Shown here in pieces: positions 1-12,822 of a stretch of 64,000 bases of DNA. Numbering within the stretch: the stretch's first letter is position 1; every line of letters begins with the position of its first letter. The stretch lies in assembly GCF_006345805.1 (NCBI RefSeq), contig NC_043005.1, positions 15,934,001-15,998,000 of the forward strand. Reading direction: 5' to 3'. A model generated the notes under the pieces. It saw only the letters and a program-made list of their open reading frames with translations. It searched no databases and had not been told where the DNA came from. The DNA is from Octopus sinensis. Its lineage: Eukaryota. A program made the translations under genes and the position numbers.

Positions 1-35
1 GGTCATTTTTTTTTGCCAAATAAACACACGCACTA

Positions 36-820
36 TACTCTTTACTCTTTTTACTCTTATAGTTGTTTTAGTCATTTGACTGCAGCCATGTTGGAGCACT
101 GCCTTTAGTTGAGGAAATCGACCCCAGGACTTATTCTTTGTAAGTCTAGTACTTATTCTATCGGTTTCTTTTGCCGAACTGCTTAGTTACGGGGACGTAA
201 ACACACCAGCATCAGTTGTCAAGAGATGGGGGGGAGGACAAACACAGACACACAACCACACACACACATATATATACATCTCTCTATATATAAACGGCAG
301 TTTGTCTGTGTGTGTTTCTGTGTGTCTGTCAGGTTGTACCCTCACCCTGACCACGGCTTTCAACCGATTCTGATGAAACTTGACACACACATAGCCCAAT
401 GTCATAATTCAAAACTAATGCAGCGAAAATTTTGAAAAGTTCCCCCAGTTCTGAAAAAAATCGATAAATTCGACATGGGGTCGAGAATCAGAAACACAAA
501 CCACAGACTGTCTAGGGGACGCAACTCGACCTTTTTAACTAAAAAAAAAATTTACCATCATTTTTTCCCATTTTTTGGCTATAACTCTCTAAAAATGCTT
601 TATAGTTATTTCCCTTACAAACCCGAGCAACGCCGGGCGATACTGCTAGTATACATATATACGACAAGCTTCTTTCACTTTCTGTCTGCCAAATCCACTC
701 ACAAGGCTTTGGTCAGCCCGAGGCTATAGTAGAAGACATTTGCCCAAGGTGCCACGCAGTGGGACTGAACCCGAAACCATGTGGTTGGTAAGCAAGCTAC
801 TTACCACACAGCCACTCCTA
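36..820 (-). mobile_element. tRNA-derived SINE, family A (main octopus-type SINE), interrupted by a Helitron
   Basis: Reverse complement of the copy at 17281-17693: head TGGCTGTGTGG...GGTTCAGTCCC, body, and tail CAGTCAAATGACT...(GTAAAAGA)n; Helitron inserted in its internal microsatellite. Confidence 0.85.
279..649 (+). mobile_element. Non-autonomous Helitron
   Basis: Starts A|TC, ends CTAG|T with no TSD; subterminal GC-rich hairpin CCCGAGCAACGCCGGG at 622-637; 3' part shared with 11431-11827. Confidence 0.85.
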
Positions 821-1327
821 CATCGCAGTCAAATGACTGAAACAAGTAAAAGAGTAAAAGTGTATATGTATGTATATATTCATGTGTGTCTGTGCTTGTC
901 CTCTTACGATCAGTTGAAAACCAATGTTGGTTTTCATCCCAGTAACTTAGCAGTTCGGCAAAAGAGACTGATAGACTTAGTGCTAGGCTTTACAAAGAAT
1001 AAGTCCTGGGGTCGATTTGTTCAACTAAAGGCAGTGCTTCGGCATGGCCAGTCCTTCTGTGTAAATAAGCCAAAGGAGAAGCCTCTCTGATGTAGCAACA
1101 AACAACAGCTATATTCTCGCAAATCACATACTCATATAATAAAATAGGAAGGACATGTCCTTGATATATGGACAGATGGAATGGTCAAAGTAGAGACCAT
1201 TCCAGCTAAGACCATATTGTATTTTAGAATATCAATACCTACATTGACCATTTAATATTGTTTCATTTATACGATGGTGGTTTGTAATTTGAGGGAATTT
1301 AGGTGTTGTTAGTTGCAGATTGTTTAG

Positions 1328-1473
1328 TACTTACTTGTACTTGTACTTGTGGTGACATTCACCCTGGGTGGGTTGAGTCGGCTTCTTCTACCACCCTCGA
1401 GGCATCTCGAACCATGGCAGTCCATGCACGACGGTCCTGCGCCAGTTCACTGGAGATAGCGAGCCAGTCAATG
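1328..1473 (-). mobile_element. 5'-truncated RTE-clade LINE 3' end with target-site duplication
   Basis: Minus strand encodes ELAQDRRAWTAMV (RTE C-terminal A.DR..W motif), then a (CAAGTA)n tail; 13 bp direct repeat GCAGATTGTTTAG at 1315-1327 and 1474-1486. Confidence 0.8.
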
Positions 1474-1880
1474 GCAGATTGTTTAGGGGCTGTCTTGTCC
1501 CTATATGCATATGTAAATATATATATGGATGGCTGTGTGTGCGTGTGTGTATGACAGACTTCTATGCTGTGTCTGCCTACCAAATTGTATGCACAAAGCT
1601 TTGGTCAGTCCAAGACTATTATAGAAAGCACTTGCTCTAATTGTTGTGTTCTGAGATTGGGCTGAAGTGAGATAGTTGAGAAATGGCTTTCTCTCTCTCT
1701 CTCTCTCACACTCACACACACACACAAATATACACACTAGTCAGTAAAACAAACAAGACTGTATGGTGAGGAGGGTAAATTTTAGACACCTTACAGGATA
1801 AAGAATAAAGCCTACTAAAAATGGATGACCTCAAGAGACTCAATGGCTACCTATTATTGGGTATATATAGTGAGTATGTA

Positions 1881-2200
1881 AAGGTGCATGGCTCAGTGGT
1901 TAGAGCGTCGAGCTTACGATTGCGAGGTTGTGAGTTCGAATCTCAGACCGGGCGATGTATGTGTTTATGAGCAAAACACCTAAGCTCCATACGGCTCTGG
2001 CAGAAGGTAATGGCGAAACTTCTGCTGACTCTTTCGCCATAACTTTCTCTCACTCTTTCCTCCTGCATCTTGCAGCTCACCTGCGATGGACCGGCGTCCT
2101 GTCCAGGTGGGGAACCTATACGCCAAGGAAACCGGGAAACCGGCCCTTATGAGCCAGGCATGGCTCGAGAAGGAACAAACAAAACAAAAAAAACTACAAA
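1881..2200 (+). mobile_element. tRNA-derived SINE, family C (tRNA-Arg-like head), tail type 3
   Basis: A box TGGCTCAGTGG, B box GAGTTCGAATC; body CACCTAAGCTCC...ACTTTCTCTCAC; 3' GCGATGGACCGGCGTCCTGTCCAGG...GGCTCGAGAAGGAAC(AAAC)n; related copies at 20990-21210 and 22548-22805. Confidence 0.8.
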
Positions 2201-2350
2201 AAGACAATGAGTCTTTCACTGCAGTTGTTGCAGTGTCATGCATATCTGGGACAATAAAATACTGCCACATAGTAGCCATGCTTGTGAGCCCTTACATATG
2301 GTAGTATAAGTGGGAGTAGTCACAAATCTTCAGTGACTTTATGATACACT

Positions 2351-2576
2351 TTAACCCTTTCGTTACCAACCTAGCTGAAACTGCCTATGGCTCTGTAGCG
2401 CAAATGTCTTGTTTCTATAAGATTTGAATTAAAATCATCCACCAATCTTTAGTCACAATTTATGTTCCTAACACTAGCTTAATGTTTAAGTTATTTTACT
2501 AAATTCTTTGTTATATTTAAAATGATTGAAAGAAACAAAGAACATCTCAAAATAAATTTAGTAATGAAAGAGATAA
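2351..2576. mobile_element. piggyBac-like MITE (decayed)
   Basis: Left end TTAA-CCCTTTCGTTAC; right end GTAATGAAAGAG-ATAA is a degenerate reverse complement. Confidence 0.55.
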
Positions 2577-3147
2577 GATGACCTGTTAGTGTGTCTGAGA
2601 GGTGGAATCTATAGCCATCTTCAAAAACAAAGGATTAATATAACCCTGAGCATCATATTTAATGTATATAAATTGTTAAAATGCAAATTCCAGCAATATT
2701 CATCTTAGATAGCTCCTCTTATGGATGTGATGTGTTTAAAAAATATATATCAGAGCAAGACAAAAGAAATCATCAAAGCAGAGGCTAACAATAATGCCAG
2801 ATGCATTTCAACATAGTTGAGCCTTATCAATAGTATGTGCTCAGAGCAGGAAGCATCTTTGGGTTTCGTCAGTAGAAAGTAACCCCTGGCAATGACATGT
2901 TAAAACAAAATACATTGGAAAACTGTGTCTGAAAACTCACTGATGTTGCAATTAGCTGCTAAGCTGAATAAAATTTGTTATGAAATGCACAACTAGCTAT
3001 ACAACCACCACCACTGGTGAATAATTTTTGTTTGCCACTGATGTAGTTGGTGTCATGTCTATGCAAGATATTATTTCAGGACAAAAACTGCTGCTGATTT
3101 GGCTTTCTATGATTCATCTGCTTTGAGTATGATACACAGAAGATTGA

Positions 3148-3223
<76 letters not shown>

Positions 3224-3376
3224 ATATAATATATATATATATATACATATAATATACACACACAGTAAATCCCCAAAAACGAAGAAAACACAAGGAAAAA
3301 AACAACAATGTGAGGAGTGGTACATATAAAATATTAACAGACGCCTGGGGAAGGAAAGAAAGTTAGTTTTTACACA

Positions 3377-3414
<38 letters not shown>

Positions 3415-3471
3415 GTGTATATGTATGTATGTATGTATACATATATGTGTGTGTATATATATATATGTACA

Positions 3472-3518
<47 letters not shown>

Positions 3519-3550
3519 CACACACAACAATATATATATGCACATACATG

Positions 3551-3614
<64 letters not shown>

Positions 3615-4059
3615 CTACTTACTGGCACTCCATTGATAACAAGGTAAATGACGAAGGTTCCAGTTGATCCGATCAATGGAATCCCTGCTGTGTATATGTG
3701 TATGTGTTTGTGTGTGTGTGGGGGGTAAATAGATAGACAGACAGAGAGATAAGGAAATACAAATAAATAGATGGATAAGTATATCTAGGTATATATATGC
3801 ATGTGATTGTATTTCCTCATCTCGATATTGTTTGATAGCTGTAAGAGAGTGCCACAGTCATACAAGTGGTGTCGTTGATTTCCAATGACCTTACTGGGAA
3901 ACAAGTGGAAGATGACAGCTGATAGGGCAGCTGGCTGTAAAAATTTGCACTTAACATATTTTATTTGACCCATGTAAGCACATGTGCGTATGTGTGTGTG
4001 CATGTATGTGTATGTGTGTGCATGTGTGCATGCATACGTGTGTGTGTGTGTGTGTGTGT

Positions 4060-4101
<42 letters not shown>

Positions 4102-4675
4102 AATAAGCAAAAAAAGAGAGTAGCACTCAAGATATTTCATTGGAGTTATCTATGTTTAAAAATGGTTTAATCAGAACTAAGCCCATTTCAGTTCAGCGTG
4201 TGAAGATATTTGACAAGGTGAACATGTCCTGTACTCATGAAACTTTAAGTAATGTACAGTTAAGTTAAATTGCTATATTACATTTATATATATTTAACTG
4301 GCTGTGGAAGTTTTAACAAAAGATACGTAGATGAGTGAACATGTGTTGAGCACTCCATTCTCATCCTTCTCATTTGTCCAACATGCATCAACACACACAC
4401 ACACACACATACACACACACACTCACTTACATACACAAACATACACACTCACACACACACATACTCACACACACACACACATACACTCACGCATACACAT
4501 TCATACATGTACATATACATATATACATGTGCATGCCTCCGCATGGCCACAGGGTTTGAACTGAAATGCAAAAGTGAAAGCAAGAATATATATATATATA
4601 TATATATATATCCTATATGTATATATATGCACATACATTCTCATGCATATATTCATATATACATATATACATACA

Positions 4676-4899
4676 TAAAGGGGAATCTAGATAAACTGGG
4701 ATTTTCAGAAAGAGAAATCGACCGGCTGATTCATACAATACAAGTGCAATCTGTGAGTGGAACAGTAAAAATATGCAAAACTTTCCTCAAGTTCCAAATG
4801 TGAACTTGTCTGTATCAACTACATCCCAATGATGGAGCCTTGTATCTTTGTTAGAAACCAGCTCCCTCCTTAGTGGAAAATTTATAATTGAAAAAATAG

Positions 4900-4903
<4 letters not shown>
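4676..4903 (+). mobile_element. 3' fragment of RLE-type (R4/Dong-like) non-LTR retrotransposon
   Basis: Encodes NLDKLGFSEREIDRLIHTIQVQSVSGTVKICKTFLKFQM*, nearly identical to the longer copy at 37222-37641; flanked by CA-type microsatellites. Confidence 0.7.
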
Positions 4904-4934
<31 letters not shown>

Positions 4935-5103
4935 CACACACGCACACACACACATACACACACATATCTATATATATAACAATAATATATAATTATTTAT
5001 TATTAATAATAATGTTATTATTTATTAATAATAATAATATATTTATCTCTCTCTCTCTCTCTATCTATCTACCTCTCTCTCTATATATATATATCTATAT
5101 ATC

Positions 5104-5140
<37 letters not shown>

Positions 5141-5178
5141 CATATATACATATATACATATATATATTATATATATAT

Positions 5179-5361
5179 ATTTATTATATAGAAGGAGCTT
5201 CTACAGGACTAGAAGTTTCATTCAAGAGAAATCTCAGGAAGATTCTCTTGATGAAACAGTTCTAGTCCTGTAGAAGCTCCTTCTATATAATAAATTAATT
5301 TTACTCTGCTATGTATTGAGTACCTTATTTACTGTGGTTAACCCGAATCAACCCGGGACCT
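5179..5361. repeat. Short foldback (inverted repeat 5179-5295) with one extended arm, in (TA)n
   Basis: GAAGGAGCTTCTACAGGACTAGAA...TTCTAGTCCTGTAGAAGCTCCTTC are reverse complements; the right arm continues ~65 bp. Confidence 0.8.
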
Positions 5362-5696
5362 ACATATATAATATATATATATATTATATATATATATATA
5401 TAAATATAGATAATATAATATATATATATTATATATATATAGAGAGAGAGAGAGAGAGGAGAGAGAGCAATTGCAAAGATATTCTGGAACTTGACTGAGG
5501 ATAGAAAACTTCGAATGACCCATCCTTGTTTTCCTTGTATCTCCTGTCTGGTGTTTGTTTTGTCCCCCTTTTTTTTTGTATCACATAACTGTCTGGAGTT
5601 TTGCATTCTTGTCCCATTTTTGTATATATATATATATGTATATGTATATATACATAACATACACACATACATACAGGTATATAAATATATATATAT

Positions 5697-5729
<33 letters not shown>

Positions 5730-5749
5730 TATAATATATATATAATATA

Positions 5750-5967
5750 CGAGAGGGATGGCTGAAAAGTTCCTGGTTTTGGGTAAAAGAAAACACAGGA
5801 GGATCAGTAATTATGATTTTATACAACATATTCCCCTCTCAGATTCATACACTTATTGCAGTGGTCCTTCAGTTTTTCTCAGCCCTGTAAAAGAACTCGG
5901 AATGTTGGGCCTCCATGCAGGCCCTTCACGATATCCTTAAAGCCAGGAACTTTTCACCACCCCATCG
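5750..5967. mobile_element. mariner-type MITE
   Basis: TA-flanked; imperfect TIRs CGAGAGGGATGGCTGAAAAGTTCCTGG / CCAGGAACTTTTCACCACCCCATCG. Confidence 0.8.
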
Positions 5968-6041
5968 TATACGTATGTGTATGTATAAATATATATTATA
6001 TATGTAGTGTATATATGTATATATATATATATATATATAAT

Positions 6042-6101
<60 letters not shown>

Positions 6102-6108
6102 TATATTA

Positions 6109-6155
<47 letters not shown>

Positions 6156-6266
6156 ATTATATATATATATATGTACACAGATATTTATGCAGACTAAAAT
6201 AAATTTTTGCATATATATGCAGAAGTCTGCATACTTTCAATTCTTTCGAACAGACACATAGATAAG

Positions 6267-6300
<34 letters not shown>

Positions 6301-6922
6301 AATCTATGTATACAAGCATACACTGAATTTTACACATACGCAGACAACACGCACACACATACACACACACACACATATACGTATTCACATACATGCAAAC
6401 AAATAAATAAACATACACACCCCACATGTGTACAAACATACATGCCACTGGTAAGGGAAGTCAGCCCTATTTTTTTCATCTTCCCACTGCTGTCACATCT
6501 CATTCCATCTAATTCGGCACCCCACCTCGTACTTACAACTACCACCCCTTAGCCCTTACTCTACGCTAATCTTGCAAACCCCAGCGCCGCCATCATTGCC
6601 GCCACCACCACCACCACCACCACCAAAACTCCACCCTGAAATAAATAAATTTAGCTGATGTCAGCGAAATCTAAGACATATTAGACTACTAGACACATGT
6701 ATCATGTGGCAACTGATATATCTTGTCTCATACATCTGCCACGTATTTCTCAAATGTGAACCATGTTTTAAATGCTGCCTTATTTAAATGGCATCTGCAT
6801 GTATGTGTGTAAGTGTGCCTCTGTGTGTGTGTGTGTATGTGCGTGTATGCATACATGTGCATATACAAGCATTCACACATACACACACACACATATATAT
6901 ATATGTACATATACATGCATAA

Positions 6923-6971
<49 letters not shown>

Positions 6972-6987
6972 TATATATAATACATAT

Positions 6988-7031
<44 letters not shown>

Positions 7032-7043
7032 TGTATATGTATA

Positions 7044-7074
<31 letters not shown>

Positions 7075-7126
7075 GTATATATATCTATATATATATATAT
7101 ATATACATATATATAATATATTATAT

Positions 7127-7159
<33 letters not shown>

Positions 7160-7234
7160 TATATGTATATGTATATTATATATATATATGTATATATATA
7201 TATGTGTGTGTGTATATATATATATATAATATAT

Positions 7235-8697
7235 ATAGGGTAGGATAGAGAGGATGAATAATTTTGAAATGACTGTTGCTCTGCTGCAGGGAGAGGGACA
7301 TGTGTCGGACAGGTACCATTCGGTTTGTGGTGTCTTAGTTTTATTGTTTTTTTTTACTTTTCAGGTGCAGACATAACACTAAGGACGATAAAGCATTGTG
7401 TGTTTGCCTATGACAGTTACGTGAAGAATAACGAGTCTGTCACACCAGTTGAGCATGAGGTTCGGCACCACTTCAAGATTCACTGAAATCAAGCTGATCC
7501 CATCCATAACACAATCTTACATAGGGTGAATGCACTTTATACACGAGGTACACTAATGAAGATGAGACCGATGGGAATGCCATGAATGGTACGCACCCTG
7601 GAAAATGTGGAACGCATCAGACAAGCTTTAATATGGTGTCCAAATCACTGCTCGGAGGCATTCTATTGAACTTGGCATTGGTAATCAATCGGTAAGGTGT
7701 ATTTTACATGAAGACCTGCATTTAAACCTGTACAAATTGGTTATTGTGCAACAGTTGAAACCAGGGTACTATGCACATTGGCTTAACTTTGCACATCAGA
7801 TGGAAGCAATTTTTGAGGCAAATGACAACTTCATTTTGTCAATGTGTGATGAAGCTCATTTTCATCTCAATAGCATGGTGGATCAACAGAACTGTCGTTA
7901 CTGAGCTTTTGAAAATCTGAGAGAACTGCATGAAAGACCTCTGCACAGCCAAAAGGTGACAGACTGGTGTGCTGTTGAAAAAGCTGCCATCATGTTGTTG
8001 CTGTGAACTCCAAGTGTTACATTGAGATTATAAACAAGTTCTTTGTGCCTAAATTACGATGAAAACATATGCCTATTTGACATGTGTGGTTTCAGCAGGA
8101 TGGGGTGATGGCCCATGAAGCCAGAGCATCAATAGACATTCTTCACCCTCTATTCGGTGATCACCTCATTTCCAGGTTTGCTGACATTCCTTGGAACACC
8201 TCAGTCCACTGATTTGCCCATGTGTGAGTATTTCTTGTGGACAAACCTCACGGCATTTGTGTATGCACAAAGCCCCATACATTGGATGATTTGAAGGAAG
8301 CTATTCAAGTGGAAGCCGTTCAAATCAACAGAGCAATGCAGGAGAGAATAGAGGCCAACTTCCAAGAAGGCCTTCAGAAATTCATCAATGAAAACAGACC
8401 CCATATGTTGGATGTTGTTTTCCATGCTTGATTTTGACAAATGCAAATTCAATACAAACATGTTGATGTCAGTAAAATTTGTTTGCAGCTAAAATTAATG
8501 ATTATGTGAATTTTTTTTAAATGTCGTTAGGAAGGGCATCCAGCTGTAGAAACACTGCCAGATCAGACTGGAGCCTGGTGCAGCCTCCTGGCTTCCCAGG
8601 CCCTGGTCGAACCATCCAACCCATGCTAGCATGGAAAATGGGATGTTAAACGATGATGATGATGATGATGATGTCCCTCCTCTTTGCTCCACTCAGT
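7235..8697 (+). pseudogene. Decayed Tc1/mariner transposon, rosa (DD41D)-type transposase
   Basis: Broken frames give N-terminal FAYDSYVKNNESV (DUF4817-like HTH), DEAHFHLN..V.QQNCRY, HERPLHSQKVT.WCAV, WFQQDG, W..QSTDLPMCEYFLW (about 41 residues between the last two catalytic positions, final D mutated to E) and KPHTLDDLKEAI; stops and frameshifts; SINE fragment inserted at ~8526-8672. Confidence 0.85.
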
Positions 8698-8731
8698 TTA
8701 CTTAACCGATTTTTAATTTGTATTCAAATAC

Positions 8732-8762
<31 letters not shown>

Positions 8763-9230
8763 ACACACACACACCACACACACACACATATATATATATA
8801 TGCATATACATATCTATACATATGAATGTGTATGTATATATATAATTGTTAAAGAGGATAACAAAAGATAAGGCAAGGCAAACATCTCAAGTCATACACA
8901 TAGTTATTATTGGAAAAAATTCAAAGTCCTACAGCCGTTTCTGGGATATCTCAGAATATGTGATATTTCCAGATGCTGGGGTATCCCAGAAACAGCTGTA
9001 TGACTTTGAATTTTTTCAAATAATAATGCATATGACGAGATGTTTGCCTTGCCTTAACGTTTGTTATCCGCTTTAACAATTATATATCATTCGTTTTGGG
9101 ATTTGGTTTGCAAGATTCTTTATATGAGTTCGTGTGTTGAAGCATATTTTGTTGTGTTTGGGGAGAGTCATTCTCTTTTAGTGCCTTATTATTTAATACA
9201 CTCACCGGTAAAATTTCCACTTATTTCTTA

Positions 9231-9267
9231 CTATTGAAAAGGTTGCAAGACGCAACGAAAATTTTAG
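9231..9267 (+). ncRNA. Putative variant minimal hammerhead ribozyme (U3-A8 core)
   Basis: CTA-TTGAAAA-G-GTTGC(AAGAC)GCAAC-GAAA-ATTT-TAG; identical inverted copy at ~9852-9889. Confidence 0.35.
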
Positions 9268-9429
9268 AAAATAAAAATAAGTAATAAGTGGAAATTTTAC
9301 TGGTGAGTGTGTTAAATAATAAGGCACTAAAAGACAATGACTCTCCCCAGACACAACAGAATTATATATCTGCTATATTGGAAATCCACAATCTGCAATG
9401 GATCCATAACTACCATCCTGGTTATAACA

Positions 9430-9640
9430 ATGCTAGGGGGACAAACAACCCACGCATATATATTTATACATATATACGACGGGTTTCTTTCAGGTTCCGT
9501 CTACCAAATCCACTCACAAGGCTTTGGTCGGCCCGAGGCTATAGTAGAAGACACTTGCCCAAGGTGCCACGCAGTGGGACTGAACCCGGAACTATGTGGT
9601 TGGTAAACAAGCTACTTACCACACAGCCACTCCTCCGCCT
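9430..9640 (-). mobile_element. SINE family A, 5' half
   Basis: Reverse complement of AGGCGGAGGAGTGGCTGTGTGG...GGTTCAGTCCCACTGCGTGGCACCTTGGGCAAG. Confidence 0.85.
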
Positions 9641-10387
9641 ATATGTATATACCGGAGTAAGCACATAGATGTGAAACAAGGTGGGAAAAAGAGTACTCAA
9701 ATACCAGAGGTAGAGTAATATGCTTTATTAAAAGCAGCAGTCAAATGACTGAAACAAGTAAAAGAGTAAAAGAGAGTATACATACATACCAGTAAAATTT
9801 GTCTCATACATACATACCAGTAAAATTTCCACTTATTTGTTATTTTTATTTTCTAAAATTTTCGTTGCGTCTTGCAACCTTTTCAATAGTAAGAAATAAG
9901 TGGAAATTTTACCGGTGAGTGTGTTAAATAATAAGGCACTAAAAGAGAATGACTCTCCCCAAACACAACAGAATATGCTTCAACACACGAACTCATATAA
10001 AGAATCTTGCAAACCAAGTCCCAAAACGAAAGATATATAATTGTTAAAGCAGATAACAAACGTTATGAATATTTGACTGTCCCTCTAAACATTTGGTTCT
10101 CCCTCCCAATCTGTCTCTTAGCCTCTGTCTGTTTTCCTCAGTGACTCCCCGCCATTCTCTCCGTCTACATATATTTGTCTGTTAATCTCACTGTGTCTCC
10201 AATACAATTTGCTCTGACAGCAAACGGAGAATTGAAACATTCCTCTTCCGTGAAATCTGTTTTTGATTTTTATTCTGTATTTTCATGTCTCTCCGTCCAT
10301 CTATCTGGCTAAGCACACACAAGCACACGCATTACATATAGACACATCCACACACTCTCATTTGGTTGCGAACAGGAGCTCAGATAC

Positions 10388-10436
<49 letters not shown>

Positions 10437-10839
10437 AAGATAGATGCATTTTTGTGTTCATGTATGTGCACATGGTTTCATATATATACTTATTTATGTA
10501 AATACATGCACACATGCATACACACACACACACACAGACACAGCTGTTTAAGCACAGGTACTTTATCATATTGTTCTGTCTGTCTGTCTGTCTGTCTGTC
10601 TGTCCATGCAACCTGGTTTAGGATGAATATATTAATGAAGCATTGTTTCACAGCTAGATACCCTTCAAGTCTTTTGATTTTGAGTCTACTTTGTAAGATC
10701 ATCATCACCATTTTCACCACCACCACTACCACCACAACCACCACCACGATCATCATCATCATCATCATCATCATCACCACCATCATCACCACCATCATCA
10801 TCATCACCATCACCACCACCACCACCACCATCATCATCG

Positions 10840-10876
<37 letters not shown>

Positions 10877-10885
10877 TTAACATCG

Positions 10886-11270
10886 GTAAGGTGGCGAGCT
10901 GGCAGAATCATTAGCATGCCGGGTGAAATGTTTAGCGTTATTTCATCTGTCTTTACGTTCTGAGTTCAAATTCTGCCAAGGTCGACTTTATCTTTCATCC
11001 TTTCGGGTATCAATAAATCAAGTACCAGTGGAATACTGGGGCCAATCTAATTGACTGGCCGTACTCCCCCCAAAATTTCGGGCCTTGTGCCTAGACTAGA
11101 AAAGAATATAAAGGTGGTGAGCTGGCAGAAATGTTAGCATGGCAGGCAAAAGGCTTAGCAGTATTTTGTCTGTCTAAATTAAGTACCAGTTGAGTACTGA
11201 GGCGGATGTGATCGACTGTCCCCCCAACCCACAAAATCCAGGCCTTGTGCTAATAGTAGAAAGGATTATT
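10886..11270 (+). mobile_element. Two tandem copies of tRNA-derived SINE family B
   Basis: Head GGTGGCGAGCTGGCAGAATC, B box GAGTTCAAATTC, core CTTTCATCCTTTCGGGG..ATAAAT.AAGTACCAG, tail GGCCTTGTGCCTAG..TAGAAA. Confidence 0.8.
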
Positions 11271-11430
11271 TAACATCTGTCTTCCATATTGGCATGGGTT
11301 GGATAAATTTGTCCGGCAGTCTGTGAGCTGCAGGGCTGCACGAGGCTCCAAGGTTATGTTTGGCCTGGTTTCTGCAGCTGAATGCCCTTTCTAGTATCAC
11401 CTGCTTTACAGAGTGCACTGAGTTGAGATA

Positions 11431-11827
11431 TCTTTATATATAAAAGTGAAGTTGTGTGTCTGTCTCCTACGATTTAGATTCCTAACTACTCCCACATTTT
11501 GCGATGCAGTTTAACCAAAACCGGTTATCTTATAGTCGTGATTCATATCAAGCCCTTCTGGGTATTAGCGTGCATCTACGATGAGTCTACGATTTAAAAA
11601 AAAATTTACCATCATTTTTTTCCATTTTAATGCATTTTTTCGCTATTATATAAGGGAAGTAACTCTCTAAAAATGTCTACGATGAGTCAACGATTTAAAA
11701 AAAAAATTACCATAACTTTTTTCCATTTTTAATGCATTTTTTTGCTACTTTTTGGCTATAACTCTCTAAAAATGCTTATATAGTTATTTCCCTTACAAAC
11801 CCGAGCAACGCCGGGTGATACTGCTAG
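11431..11827 (+). mobile_element. Non-autonomous Helitron
   Basis: A|TC start, CTAG|T end, hairpin CCCGAGCAACGCCGGG; internal ~100 bp tandem duplication; 3' end shared with 279-649. Confidence 0.85.
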
Positions 11828-11978
11828 TTCTTTCTAAAGTGATATGCTGAAAACAATATTCTTTTCTACTCTAGGCACAAGGCCCAAAATTTTTTGAGGT
11901 GGGGCAGTCGATTAGATCAACCTCTGTACACAACTGGTACTTAATTTATCGACCCTGAAAGGATGAAAGGCAAAGTCG

Positions 11979-12220
11979 AAAAAAACAGAGAAACGAAACA
12001 TGCAACATAAAGAATATTCCCCTTCTTCAGTTGTCCCTGTTTTATCTACTCCTTATCTTTGCAACATGGAGTAGATAAAACAGGGACAACTGAAAAAGGG
12101 GAATATTCTTTATGTTGTATGTCCCGTTTTCTGTTTTTTATGTTGTTTGAAAAAAAGCTCATTTCTATGTTTTTGTTTTTATGTTTTTGTTTCTCATTGT
12201 GTTCAACATTGTTTTTTGAT
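11979..12220. repeat. Foldback inverted repeat (11979-12139) with extended right arm
   Basis: CAACATAAAGAATATTCCCCTT.TTCAGTTGTCCCTGTTTTATCTACTCC is inverted across a 15 nt loop (12053-12067). Confidence 0.8.
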
Positions 12221-12350
12221 GTCATGTACCCATATATGCATGTATATATACATATATATGTAGGTATGTACATATATGTATGTATACATGCATATATTCA
12301 TATATTATTTTATTATTATATGATCGAATGTCATACATCCTTTCCAAGAA

Positions 12351-12381
<31 letters not shown>

Positions 12382-12549
12382 CATACATACATACATACAT
12401 ACATACATAAATACATATACATACATACATACATATATACATACATACATATATATATATGTATATACATATATATATATATAATATATATATATATGTA
12501 TACATATATACATACATACATGCATATATATATATATACATACACACAT

Positions 12550-12596
<47 letters not shown>

Positions 12597-12822
12597 ATAT
12601 ACACATATATATATATACACACACATATATATATTTTATATTATGTAAAATACCTGTACATATATGCATTTTGTATAATATTTTATATAACAGACTGATA
12701 AAATACTGATAAAATAAGTACTAGGCTTACAAAGAATAAGTCTAAGGGTGGTGCTCCAGCATGGCCCAGTCAGGTGACTGAAACAAGTAAAAGAACGAAA
12801 GAATTTAAAAAATGCATATCAT

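Larger units (their letters stand above)
8837..10065. repeat. Nested inverted-repeat complex (Penelope-like pLTR-type fragments)
   Basis: 8837-~8950 is inverted to ~8980-9087; ~9150-9230 is inverted to ~9285-9362; 9055-9304 is inverted to 9816-10065. Confidence 0.8.

Noticed and set aside
740-1090. Recurrent peptides such as RRHLPKVPRSGTEP and QIHSQGFGRPEAIVEDTCPR
   Set aside because: Conceptual translations of SINE family A; frames break between copies.
2690-3140. Non-repetitive stretch examined as a possible downstream exon
   Set aside because: No sustained open frame bounded by convincing splice sites was found by eye; small exons cannot be excluded.
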